DNA of 64,000 nt, from the NCBI GenBank assembly GCA_012295275.1, contig CM022670.1, positions 2,170,001 through 2,234,000 of the forward strand. The letters are read 5' to 3'. Origin of the DNA: Chrysomallon squamiferum. Its lineage: Eukaryota; Animalia; Mollusca. Within the stretch, counting starts at the first letter, position 1. Each line of letters begins with the position of its first letter. The notes beneath the pieces were generated by a model that was not told where the DNA came from, ran no database searches, and saw only the letters and a list, made by a program, of their open reading frames with translations. Shown piece after piece: positions 40,650 through 54,036 of this stretch. The position numbers were made by a program, and so were the translations under genes.

Positions 40650-43600
40650 AAAAAATTAAATTAAATTAAAATAAATAAAAAACCGACTGTATATAACATA
40701 AATTACCTTCCAGCAGTTTCTGGGTAATAATGAATCCATTTTTAAGCATGTTGACATTGTCAAGGTCTGGTACTTCGTCTCCTATCTGTTTGTAGCACTG
40801 TGCTAGGGCAGAACCACCCAGCCGATAACCTTTACCAAAATTCACATGTAGCAGAGTCCCTGTGAGAGAAAACACAATGGAGGAAAACCATTTTAAATGT
40901 TTTTTGAATTTATAACTATAAATATGTTTTTGCCTCTGTTGCTATAACAATAGAATGTGACAGAAAACTAGTAACATTTACCAAAATATGCATTTCTGTG
41001 CATTTTTTGTTATTGTTGAGTTTGTATCTTATTTTACTTTTTTCTATGGTTGTATTTTTTGTTTGTACTTATTTTATCATTATCTGTATTCTTCTGTGTT
41101 CTTTTAAAGCATTTGTATCAGATATTTCTATCTGTAGAGAATGGTATTAATATCAAAGGCAGAATTGAATCCAAAATATAACCTATTTATAAAAAAAAAA
41201 TTAAATATGTAATAAAGTGTATATTAAAACTTCAGGTTTCCATTAAAAAAAAACACCATTAAAATTGTCTTCTTTCTACATTTATTATCAAATCTTTATC
41301 ATTTAATTTTTTATTTTTTGTCATATTTATAAAAATTTCTCACCTGAGCCATTAGGACATTTGAGATCTGGAGTCACTGTAGCTGTAATGTCTGGACAAC
41401 CAACATAGGCTGATATTACAAGTGTCCCTGTGTTAATTAAAATTTTGGAAATATGCTAACTGTAAAACTCCTTTGGCAAATAGACAGGCCAAAATTGATT
41501 AATGTTATTTATTACTGTTTATGTTATCGTTGCTGCTGTTTAATGCTAAAGATAATATTCAAATTCATTTTAATATGGGAAATATTGTTGCTGAATATAA
41601 CTGTTTAACAATAATAACCAGGATAATTATATTAAAATATTCTCATTACTGAATACAATTCTTTACTCATAAACTTTATCTTCTATTTAATTTTTAATTT
41701 TATTTTTATTTATTTATTTTTTTTTTTTCTCTAGGTATTATTTTACTGTAGAGACTATAAAATAAAATAAATTAATCTACCAGGTGCTTTCACTGTGTCT
41801 TCACCAACTCTGGCTGCCATGCTGAGTGAATCTTTGCCTCCATCAACAGCTATTCCCAACTCTTTCATGACATGACACATAGCCTGACAGGCAGTTAGCA
41901 GGTTAGCACCTTCCCCGGGAAGTTTGGCTGGCCACATCCAGTTTCCACTGCATTTCACGTCCTGAAATTGTCAGTGATTTTACAATACAACATTTCAACA
42001 TTTTTATAATATAATACAACAGTTCGAAAATATAAGAATCAACAGTTTTGTAATACAACACAGTCAACATATTTATTATATAACATAATCAACAGTTTCC
42101 CAATATCATATTTTACAGTATAGAAATATTAACAATTTTACTGAATCGTACAGAGGTTGGAAGCAAGGATACTAGCACCCACCAGTGGGCACCTTGCTGG
42201 CAATGACCTTTTGTGTGCAACTGATTCACATGAAGCTTTGCTGGAGTAACTGATGGATGCCTGATTTGACATACATAACTTTTCAGACTTGATCACTTAA
42301 TGCTTTTCTGGTCTTATTATGTGTATGTCATAATCCACAGACAGACAGGAAGGGGTTCTTTTTTTATTTATATGTTAGTTCAGAGTTTTTTGTGGTTGGA
42401 ATTGTTAATTTGAAAATTACTGTGAATTTGTCTGGATGTTCCAACTTAACGTTGTTTGAAAGTGGGCAGTATATGAAAAAAGATTGCCGAACACTGGTAC
42501 ACTATCCAATATATTACTTTATTAATAGTTTTAACATTCATTCATCATTCATGGAATTACAATAAACAACAACAACAACAAAAAAAACACCAATGAAAAC
42601 AACAAAAATAAAAACAATTTAACAATTTAAGTGTGGGTAAATATTTAACTGAAATTTCTTTTTCAGAAGCAGATATTACTATAACACCATCTTTCCATTA
42701 AACTTCATATCAATAAAATACTCCAGGTAAGTTGCTTGAAAATAATTCTTAAAAAGTACACAAAATATATTCAGTGATATTCATTTAACTCGAAACATGA
42801 TTCTGCAACTAAACAGATTAACTGAATCTTGTAACAATTTATTCACATACTGTGCAACACAACTGAGAAAAAAACGATTTATATTTCAATAGGAATTTAT
42901 TTCTACACAAGATGTTAAAAAATTACACTGACTTCTGGTACATTTCCAGGATACAAACCTTAAGATCAGTAACTCTGGCAAACACTAGGTTCGTAAGGGC
43001 TTCAGCGACAGACATTCTAGCTCCTGCTGCTGGGTTAACGAGACCTTTGATTGGCTGTTCTCCAATAGCTGTAGCTGACCCAACCTGAAAACATACAGCA
43101 CTGACACAATCAGACAAAATTTAACATGCTGAATTCGCCATCTCTGTAAATACATCTAAAACAACATGACATGAATTGTTTTTTAAATTGTCCTTATTGT
43201 AAAATCCAAATGATAAGTGTTTTTCAACAGGAAAAAAAAGGGGCTAATTTCTATTTTATTTTCTCTAATTTATCCTCACACATCCACATACAGATAATCA
43301 TATATTACTCTCTGACACCCACCCACACTCAAACACACCTTCTTATCCACATATAGAAACAGATAACACATACAGAACACACACACACAAACACTTGTAA
43401 CTAATTTTACATACTGTGTCAAAATAGGAGATGGCTGTGACAGCAACGTCAGCCAGTGGGGTGTGGAGTGGACCAACACACTGTTGCTGAGCAACCAGAC
43501 CTGTCACTGACCTGTCCACCTTTTATAAACAAACATAAAAAATTACACACTATGTTAATTAAAATTTTCATAGTTTTTAGTGTAAGTAAACAAACATCTA

Positions 43601-46600
43601 AAGAGTAAAGAATGAAAAATAGTGATCTTATTCTAAACTATGGTAATAGGATATCCATAAAATATCAGAATTTATGTTTTAGATATAAATCCTTTTTAAA
43701 ACAATAAAATTAAGTTTTATAAATGTGTATTAAAATTAAAAAAAAACAATATTAACCCCCCCAAAAAAAAACCAAAACATACAAAACTAAACAAATGAAA
43801 AAAAAAATAATAATAATAAAAAAAAAAAAAAAATAAATAAAAAAGTAAAAATAATATAAAATAAAATAATACAAATGATAAAAACAAACAACACAAAATA
43901 AAACAAATGAAAAAAACAAACTAAAATAAAACTAAAATAATTAAAAAAAAAAAAAAAAAAAAAAAAAATAAAAAAATAAAATAAATAAAATAAAAATAAA
44001 ATAAAATAAAATAAAATAAAATAAAATAAAATAAAACAGTTAAAGCTTTCTACCTTGTTGGTGAGGTATCTCTTGCTGGCCACTGACGGAAGTCTGAGAA
44101 CTCTGTCCAGTGCGTCTCTGATCTGTAGATTTTCAGGCAGAGACAGCGCTATCAGATCTGGTGTCTGACAAACAAGTCTAAATGTCTAGCAGAAAATAAA
44201 ATAAAAATCTCTATTTAAACATTTTGTCATTATCTTGTCATAACAGACAATGAACTAAAAATTCCTTGGAGATAATGGTATGTCGTCTCTATGATTTCTT
44301 CAAGATATATATTTTTTAAATAGTTCACTGGGTGAAATTATGTCACAATAAAATTAAAAATGTCATATCTCATCCAAACAAGCTTTAATTTTATTATTAT
44401 TATTATACTTTATTATATGCAAGTAATTTAGAAATATAAAATGAAAAAAGAGTATTTGTATACCAACAAAAATCATGATTAAGTACTTCTAATGTCGAAG
44501 TTGTCTTTAAATAAAGAAAAACTTGTGTTTATTATTTAATTTGTGTGACAAAAGGATTCTGTTTACTGCAGACTAACAGTTAGAACCTCACAATTGTTTT
44601 TTCAGTTATAAACAAACATATTTATACAACAATTATTTTAGTTCAATTACTATCACTAGCAATTTACCTTTCTAGGCATAGAGGCCAACACATGTTCCAA
44701 ATCCAAATCAACTGGCAAAATAGATTCCTTTTTAGCCACTTTAGTTCTAGTTCCATTTTCACAAGATTTAGAACTGAAATCTTCAAGCTGAATCTGAAAA
44801 ATCAACATCCTGTAAGCAGTTAGTTTTATAAATTTTTAATCAGAGTGAAACTGAGAGTATGTTATGACAGTTTATGAAGGGTACAGAATGTGGCAACATA
44901 GCAAGACATATCAAATGAAATTAGACTTTATGTCATCAACTTGAATGATTATCAGTGGCAATAATGAGACTTTGAGATAAAAGATTAAGCTGCATGTGAA
45001 CTGAATTAAATAACACAACAATGTAAGTAACAGACTTCTCAAAACTAATTCCTTACTTCTGTAATCGTTTTAAACAAAAAAAAAAAAATTTGTATGCCAT
45101 AAATTACTTCTACTACTACTACTCTTTCGTTTTAAATTATTACTTTTATTACTACTATTATTTTTATATTTGTTATTCAAATCAAACCTTTCCACTCCCA
45201 GTGACAGAACCAACAAAACACACAGGACATCTTTCTCTCTGTCCAATTGTTTTTAGCATGTCTGAATCTTTAGGCCGGACCAAGATGGCGTCACTCTCCT
45301 GATACTCAGCTCCCCACAGCTCCAAAATACTCAGAGTGGGATCACCAAGCTGAAAGTCATCAGCTCTAATCACAGCACCAGCAGGTTCAACAAGTTCTTT
45401 TAAAACATTACCTGAAATACAGTGTGTGCTGAAATTATTATGTTTATCACTGTTAGTATGTTACTACTTTTGTTATTTTTTTAATATTCTCATGATCACT
45501 ATATATTATAGATAAAAATCTTATAGTCAATAATTTAATATATTTTTTATCACAGATAAAAATATTTTCAAAACAATTTTATACATAAAAATACATAAAA
45601 ACAATGTATGATGGAAAATAGTTAAGTTATCAGAGCATAACATTTTACTAATGATGGGTTTTTTTTGCTTATAGTGAAAATGGTCAAAGTACAGCAAGCT
45701 TTGGGTTCTGCTTCATACCAATCAAACCACTACTGCTCTAAAGAAAAAAAAATGTCATAAATTGTATTCAATGATATTTAATAATAATTTTTAAAAAATT
45801 ATTTTACTCAGAGTCTGAAAAATATTGTACCATTTCCTCCAGCTCCTTGGTCGTGGATGCTGCAGATTGGATTTCTCTCTCTTAATTCTACACAAGCTCG
45901 AATCAAACGGTTAAGTTTCTGTTCCATTTCTGCATCACCTCTTTGTACAGCTCCAAAATCTAAACTAGCCTTGTTGTCACCCTGAACCTCAACTGACGAG
46001 GCTGCCCCACCACCAACACCAATTCTGTAGACAGGACCACCCAGTTTGACCACCTCCATACCTGCAACACACATTTTACAAATACATTTCACAAAATGTT
46101 TATGTTAACAGTAATGAAGTTGAACAGTTTGAAAGTCAGGTAGGAAAACGTATTACAAATAGCATCTCTTCACTGGATAAAAAAACAAGTGAAAACTATT
46201 TTCTAAGTGTGACAGAAAAACATGTTTTATAAACAGTTTATGGACATGTGGGTGTTTTATGACAAACAAGGAGAATAATTTTATTTTTATTTTACTCTAG
46301 GAACATTTGATAACCTTTGTCTGAAAACAGCCAACTACAGAGTTAACAGGCAAAATTTTAATAAAATTGAATATTGTTAAATCAGTCATTTTATTCACAA
46401 CACTAGGGATCATTTATCCAGCCTCCAGAAAATTAACTGACTCTACCAAAATACTTTTAAAACTTAAAAAGGAACTACTCACCTTTCTCACAGACTTCTT
46501 TCTTGATGTGCATGCTGTCAATTGTTCCAATCCCTGCACTGAACATAATGGGTTTAATGTACTCATATCTACTTCGATTAGGCAACGTAAGGCCAAATGA

Positions 46601-48301
46601 CCGTGCAAACCCAGTAAGAACAGGTTCACCAAATTTGTTACCATAATCGGAGGCTCCATTACTTGCCTCTATAGCAATGTCTAGAGGTGAGGCAAAATTA
46701 TTTGGGTATGGGTAGTCAATATCTTCCCATGGTAATGTGTAGCCTGAAATAAAATATGGTTCAGCAGGAAATTAATAATCATTTTAAAAAATTCTCACAC
46801 TCTATAAATATTAATTATTAGTTAAGTAGAATGATTATTTTAAACTTGAGGTGAAATAACTGAAGCAGAGGTTTAATATATTACTCATGTCTAAAAAACA
46901 GTCAATGAATATGTGTATTTCTGTCTTTCTCCAACAATGAAATAATCCTTCAATATTTATCTAACAATGCGTTTCACTTATTATTTACACTTATATATTT
47001 TCAAAGTCATGATAATGTATGCAACTACAATTTTATCTAAATTAGATTTTAGATTTAGGCTTTAGATTTTAGGTATTTCTGAATATTTCTTTGTTTATCA
47101 TTTATATAAGACACATTGTAAACTGTTCGAGATCACACTGATGTGTATAAAATTAAAGTTTCAATGAGAATATTTTAAAAGTATTTAGCAATTAACTGGT
47201 TATGTAAAGTTTTCTGAATTTATTGTCTGAATACATTTTTTAAATGTAATTACCAGGTATGTTGAGATTTCCAAAGCTGTATCCTGCTAGGCCAGCCACA
47301 ACTTGGGCTCCCTTTCCTGTGCTGTGAACATCTCTGATTCGGCCACCTGTCCCTGTAGTAGCTCCAGGGAATGGGGCAACACCTTGTTAACACAATTACT
47401 ATGAACATTAATTACTATGTTTTTAATTAATAAATATTAATAAAAAATAAATTAATGTTTAAATACAGTGCATTAATTATTTAACTTTGTAGTTTTTAAT
47501 GTAATACTGATTTAAGCATAATTCAAATCCATGTAATTAGATAGTGAGATATGTATATGTACATACACACACATGCACACACACACCTACATAAATATAT
47601 ACATACATATCTGACTACCTAATTACATGGATTTGAACTATGCTCAAATTAGTATTACATTAATTGTTTTTTGTTTTGATTTGCTTTTTTTCTCCAAGAT
47701 AATGTTTCTGCCATGGATTATTATGCAATTTGTTTTCTATTTTTTACCAATTCAGCACTGGAACCCGATTAATATTAAAACTGACACAAAAAGTATTATT
47801 CCATTCAGTGATTTTCTTAACAGTAACAGTTGCACAAAGATTAGGAAATGGGATTAATATTATTATTATTGTTGTAATTATTATCATCACTATTATTATC
47901 ATTCTTACTATTATTATTACTATTATTATCATTCTTACTATTATTATTACTATTATTATTATTATTACTATTATTATTACTATTACTATATAACTATTGT
48001 TATTATTATAAGAATGAGTTAGCAAGACCAACCTGTTGGGAAGTTGTGCGTTTCAGCTGTGAATATAATGTGATGTGTTATACCTCTGTCAGTGATCATT
48101 TTACCAGGAGCTATGGGGTTTTCTGGTATCAGTGTCTTTGTTGAGTAGCCTTTGATAGCACTGGAAAAACACAACGAAATCAGTATGTTTGTTCTCATCA
48201 TCACTGGTAAATATTATTTTAAAAAAGACCCCCAAAAACAAGAACAATTTTTTTATTTATTTTCAGGATTATTATTAAATATTTCATTAAATATTAACAA
48301 A

Positions 48302-48332
<31 letters not shown>

Positions 48333-49693
48333 CAAGCAAATAAACAATACAGTAATAACAATACAAATTAAGACTGTTATTCTCTGTTTCATTTATTTCC
48401 AGAAGTTCTATTTATTTTCTTTATTAAATACATAAGCTAACATATCTTCTTTCCACATCTTTACTAAGAGGAAATTGCAGCAGTTGAATGGAATTTTTGA
48501 CATTTATTTATATTTTTTATATAAACCAGATCAGCACTTGTGAAACTAATGCAGCAGTCTGAGGTGAAATGGGCAAACACAATTATATTCTTTTATCTGC
48601 AAGAAGCAAACAGTAATTTCCTTCAAGTTTCAATTAAAATGCCAAAATTACAAATCAGTGAATTTGAAGAAAAAAACAAACAACAAATAACCAGAAAGAT
48701 GAAAAATTAACAAAAAACAAAACTAAAACATCCCAACAAAAAAAATAAAATAAATAAAATAAAATAAAATAAAAAAAAATTAAATAAAGATTATGCCTGT
48801 TTCTCTGTGCTACATACCTGCTGTTATCATTAAACTTAATAACATTGTTATCATTGCTGTCAGCCTGTGTATCCATGATCATGTCAAACAAACTCTTGGG
48901 ATGTTCCACTCCATCCACCACCAACTTGCCTTTGAAAAACCAATGTCGACTGTGTTCACTGGGGATTTAAAAAATACAAATAAACAAAAAATACAAATAA
49001 ATGTATTAGAAAATGTTAAAAGTTAACTGCTTACTAAATTAAACTGAGATTAGTCAAATATTAGTTATGTTTTTAATTGTGTTAAAAGGCAAGTTTTCTT
49101 TCTAAAAATATGAATTAAAAAGATTAACACAATCTTTATCATCTTAAGCTATTATATAAGAGACTTAAAAAAAAAATATATATATTATTGACATGTAGGA
49201 AATGAATTTGATCAAGCATTCTTAAGCAATGTAACAATAAAAAAAAAAGAATAAAAAAAAATAAAAGTAATTTATTTAAATATTTTAAATAAATTTGAGA
49301 AATATAGTTTATATACAGATTGAAAATTTATTTAAAACTATCTTTTTCTAGTATTGTTGTGTAACAATTACAGTTGATGTTGTAAGAAGAAAGTAATAGC
49401 TTAGTTTTAAATTATTTCTTATTTTTCCTTACTATTTAATAAATGGAATTAAACATATATTTAATGTAATAGAAAATAATGGGTAGTATATCAGAAACAG
49501 CAAAAATAACTGATAGAGAGAGATTTAAAAAAAAATCAGTTACCTGTTTGACTGTGCCAAGTCAAAACATTCCACACTTGTAGGATTTCTTCTTATTTTC
49601 TCAACAAATAAATCTGTGTAGTAATCCAAGTCCCAGCTGTCAAATGCCAGACCTGGGATGGAAAAAGAAAGGTGTATATAAAATATTACATCT

Positions 49694-49744
<51 letters not shown>

Positions 49745-49761
49745 GAATAATAAAATAAATA

Positions 49762-49796
<35 letters not shown>

Positions 49797-51321
49797 TCAT
49801 ACTAAAGATCTCCAGTATAATTATCAAACATCTATTATAGTATAAAACTCTAATATTTTTTTTTTTTTTTTTAAATAATAATAAAAAGTTCAACTACAAA
49901 TTTATATCAAATAGATTTGAATTTGAGACATTATTATGATAATAATTTTGTTGATTTTTTTTTAAAAATCATATATTACTTCATTGTTGAAATTTTATAT
50001 ATATATACACATATATAGATATATATGTAGCCTATCAAAATACCAATTAATATGTCATAATTAAAATTTTGATATAAAAAGACAAAGCATAAACAGATCG
50101 ATTATTAAAATTAAAAAAATAATTATACGTGCATCAGTAAGGTTTATAATGATAATCTTTAGAACAGTTGTAACTAATAACCTCATGTTATTTAACTAAT
50201 GTGACAGTTACCCAGATCTTTATTTGCTTTTTCTAGAGCTGCCCTTCCCTGTCCAATCACATCTACCTCGTACACAGGCTCAGAATGGACAGCCAAATCA
50301 AATGACTCGATAGGATGTATGTATCTACATTGTGTCATGCGATCATGTAGTAGAGATACGATTTTCTCCTCTTGTGCAAGAGAAGGTTTAATGTCGCAGA
50401 GAAATGTCATGTGATAAAGTATTGATGCCTCGATACGTGTGATGTGTTTCAGGCCAATAGATTTACAGACTGATACAGCATTTGTTGAAAAGGCTGTCGA
50501 AAAGTTTAACCTGAAAACCAAAGGGTAAAAAGGAAAAGAATTAAAAAATGTATGCAAATTAATATTTAATAGCAAACCACACAAAAAATATACAGATATG
50601 ACTTAGTGTGAAACAATGGGAAATTAAAAGCAAAGTGAAAACTATGTACATTATAATACCTAACTTTAAAAAACCCCAATAACCAGAAAGAATATAAGTA
50701 TTATTTCAGTGAAAGCTTCTAGATATATTGTAATTCAGAAAAAAGAACTGACTGGAAAGGAAAATAATTCTTAATAACATAAAATACCTGGGTCCAATTT
50801 CAACAACAAAAACATCATTTTTGAAATGACTTTCATGACACAACTGTTCGCTTTTAAAAGGGGTGGATAATATCCAAGACAACATCAAGAAATCTTCTGT
50901 AGAAAGATCTACAATACAAAACACAACTGTGTAATAAAAACTGTAAACATAAATAAACCATAAATCAATGATCTACAATAACAATAATACAATTACTTGC
51001 ATTTTATATTAAGAAATTAATGCTTTTGATTAATTAAATGAAAAATTTCATATTATGTTATCAGCATGTTATTGTTAATTCCCATGAAAATATTTCTTTA
51101 TATACATTTGTTGTTATGCCTGTATGTGGTCAGTTTTGAATTAATACCTTCTTACAATTCAGTGACTTACCACTCGACTGACTTTGTATATAGAAACAAA
51201 TTTCCGTTTCAATTGTTTTTATACACTTTCGATTAAATGCACAGTTTATTTTGTTGACAAGAACTTCAGTAGCTCCATGCTGCAATCCAGGCTGCTTATA
51301 AAACCGGAATATTTTTGTCAT
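36100..51321 (-). CDS. PFAS: Phosphoribosylformylglycinamidine (FGAM) synthase, large PurL type; 24 coding exons, 1329 aa
   Basis: Exons read by hand with GT-AG boundaries: 51321-51171, 50908-50788, 50510-50212, 49652-49544, 48958-48818, 48160-48033, 47382-47254, 46743-46483, 46061-45831, 45411-45188, 44793-44668, 44185-44054, 43519-43415, 43084-42959, 41961-41781, 41427-41344, 40859-40707, 40189-40067, 39401-39259, 38880-38670, 38272-38069, 37429-37286, 36910-36755, 36407-36100. They sum to 3990 nt, a multiple of 3. Motifs: [90 protein letters not shown], catalytic GVCNGCQ, MPHPER. Confidence 0.97.
37484..37755. repeat. 79-bp tandem minisatellite, about 3.4 copies, in a PFAS intron
   Basis: The unit GAAGATTTTATAAGTCAAATGACAGTTTTAAAATTATAACACTATTAAAACCAAC.. 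starts at 37484, 37563 and 37642. Confidence 0.9.
39639..39710. mobile_element. Second Tigger4/Zombi-like terminal fragment (in a PFAS intron)
   Basis: CAAAATCCAAAAAATTCTGAAATCCAAAACAGTTCTAGTACCAAGCATTTTGAATAAGGGTTCCTTAGCCTG followed by TA. It is in the same orientation as 35707-35784. Confidence 0.6.
41540..41680 (+). repeat. Dispersed AT-rich repeat (copy 2, PFAS intron)
   Basis: Colinear with 20128-20280. Confidence 0.6.
47856..48010. repeat. (ATT/ACT)n trinucleotide tract with higher-order units, PFAS intron
   Basis: Directly visible. Confidence 0.85.
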
Positions 51322-52189
51322 TGTAAATAAATCAGCTGAAAAAAAAATAAAAAATAAAAAAAAAAAAAGGTCTATGTACATTATAAATTAAAAGTAAAAA
51401 TAGGTATTCCTTTGATTTTGTTATAATTATTCTCAGGGTATCAACTTTACTAGAAAATCCTCGATGGCAATTCAGAAGAAAGATAAACATTCTTTAAAAT
51501 AAAACAGTATTTAATACCCTAAATATGATTTAACTACAAGCTTAATTAACACACTATTGAAGTAACTTTGCAAATGCTACAGCTGATTAAATTATAGTAG
51601 CTTGGTAAACACATGTAATTTATTTACTAAATATATTTTTCTTATAAATTACAACCACCTGACACAAAGTCTACACAAAAATGTTTTGTTTGAAGTCAGA
51701 TATACACAAATTTCACTATTCTTTTTAGAAATACCTAGCACCATTATTTATATTTTTGATATAATTATTCATTTCTTATTTAGTTTATTACTCGACCTGG
51801 GCAAAAAGGCCTATTGCTATCTAATGTCTAAAACTCTTTATATTCTGGTTGTTGTTTTGTTTTGATTTTTATAAAAATCGGATAATATTATAATATATAA
51901 TAGCAATAAATTGAATAATATTTATTATTATAATAATTATAATATAATGCTGAGAGCATTAAAATGATCAACGTCCTGATATTTTTTTTAAATGTAGTTA
52001 GTGTAATCTACTGTACTTATATTTACGGGGAAACAATTAATTAATTTATCCTCCTGGACGTCAGTAAGATCATAAATATGATAAAGTTCATTGTATACAT
52101 AATCAAAATGCACAAAGTTGTGGCCTCTTATTTTGACTTTAAAAAAAACTTAAAAAGTTAAAACTGATTTCTGGTTTGTTTTGAAATAA

Positions 52190-52510
52190 AATCGCATACT
52201 GACAATCTTAGTCAATATCTATTTTCGAAGGAAGATAACGGGCGTGTAAAGAAGATCCAATGATTTTTTCTCACAATTAATGTCGTCTTTAAATATACTT
52301 TTCTTGAACGCACGAAGTTGTTTAAAATATGACAATCCTATAAACTTCGACAAGATAGTTTCTGTAACGTTAATGGCCTGATTACCTTTCTATAACAATC
52401 TTCACAAGGAAAGCGCAATCGAGGTCGAAGGAAGTTCGGTCTCACATTCACTTTTGAACGATATAATTTATTACGAGTTAAATTATTTATAAATCTGCGC
52501 ATTTGTTATA
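52190..52510 (-). promoter_or_regulatory. Putative PFAS promoter and non-coding first exon
   Basis: Local CpG enrichment about 1 kb upstream of the first coding exon, which begins at an acceptor (exon from 51335). Candidate donors are AAG|GTAATC at 52385 and GTATGC at 52199. Confidence 0.4.
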
Positions 52511-54036
52511 TAAACATTTAAAAATTTGAATAATCAAAATACAGTAAAATTAATTAAATATATGAGTGATATATTTTCCATTTATTATTAACTAAATAAA
52601 TATCCAAATTCTTGTTAAGACTTCTTGTAGTATTCTAAGGCAATTATTTAATGATTAATTATAGTTGATTGATCAGATTTTTAAATTGTTACGGTTATTT
52701 TAAAAATTGCGTAACAAAAAAAAGAAAAAAGAAAGAAAAGAAAACAACAACAACAAGAGAAGATAATAACAATAATATCATGTTTTTAAAATGTCTCACT
52801 GGACATTTTTGATGTATTTTACTTTATTAACAAAGGTTTTTGTGGAGAGAAAATGTCATAACCATTTGTATATTTTAAAAAAATATTTTATTTTGACAAA
52901 TCATTACTAATATGACCACTATGTATATTACTGTTATAATATTTAACTTTTAACTTTTTTATTTATTTATCAATTTTATATTGAGAGGAATATGGGTGGG
53001 ATTAACAGAAATAAAGAATAACCAAAATACTTGTAAAAATAAATAAAACAAAATGTTGGATAAAATATTTTTACTTTCTTTACATTAGTCTTTGTCAATG
53101 CAAAAATAAAATCACTTTTCACTGAAACAGTGTCAGGTTTATAAATAGATGAATAAAATTAAAATATTGCAGTTTTGATAAAAATACATAAAATATTGTA
53201 GCTACACTATATAAGCAAATTAACACTGGACCATTCACACAGTAAATATATCCTAATAACTGGACACATAACTGGTTTTAGTCATTATGTATAATTTATT
53301 AATGTACAGAAAAAGTAAATAATTATAATTTAGACATTTAAAATCTTCAGTAGTATTATGATTTTAATAGCAAAAGAAATCTCAAACATGTTTAAAATAA
53401 GTAATCAAAGTCACAACTAAATCATTTCATTTCCAAGCAGGTAATAATAATGTACACAGAGTAAAAACACAAACAATACAAAAATGTACTTGGAACAACA
53501 GTTTTGAAGTATTCAATTATTTAAAAAATCTATAAACTTTATCACCTGTTATTACAGTTGTTATTTAGAAAAGATGGATTAACATTAATTACAAGCCTTT
53601 ATTTATATATTATTTGTACATTACAAACTAATATACTAAAAAAAATACAAATTAAGTATTCAGGAATTTTATCTATATGTACTCTATATATGTTATGATC
53701 ATTTATAAAAATGATAATTTAATTTGCATTTTAATAGAATACAAATTTGAGATGATTGGACTATATTCATAAATGCTCTCTGAAGTGTACTTACAATCAC
53801 ATACTATTTTTTTTACATTATTTAAGTTATAAATAATTAGTATGTCACCAGGTTGAGAAATCAGCATCCACCTTGCACACAAATTGGAAATAATTGTTGG
53901 ATTACTAACTGCAACAAGAAACTAAAACAAGAGTCATTCTACAGTTTTAACTGTAAAAATGCTGGATAATATTTCTTTAACAAACAGGCTTGGCATAAAT
54001 AAGAAACAAACCAAAAATTACAATCTACAATTTTTC

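Noticed and set aside
53850-53908. Extra terminal FANCB exon (acceptor cttgttgcAG)
   Set aside because: Exon 7 already ends with an in-frame stop at 54037 after a FANCB-like C-terminal helix.
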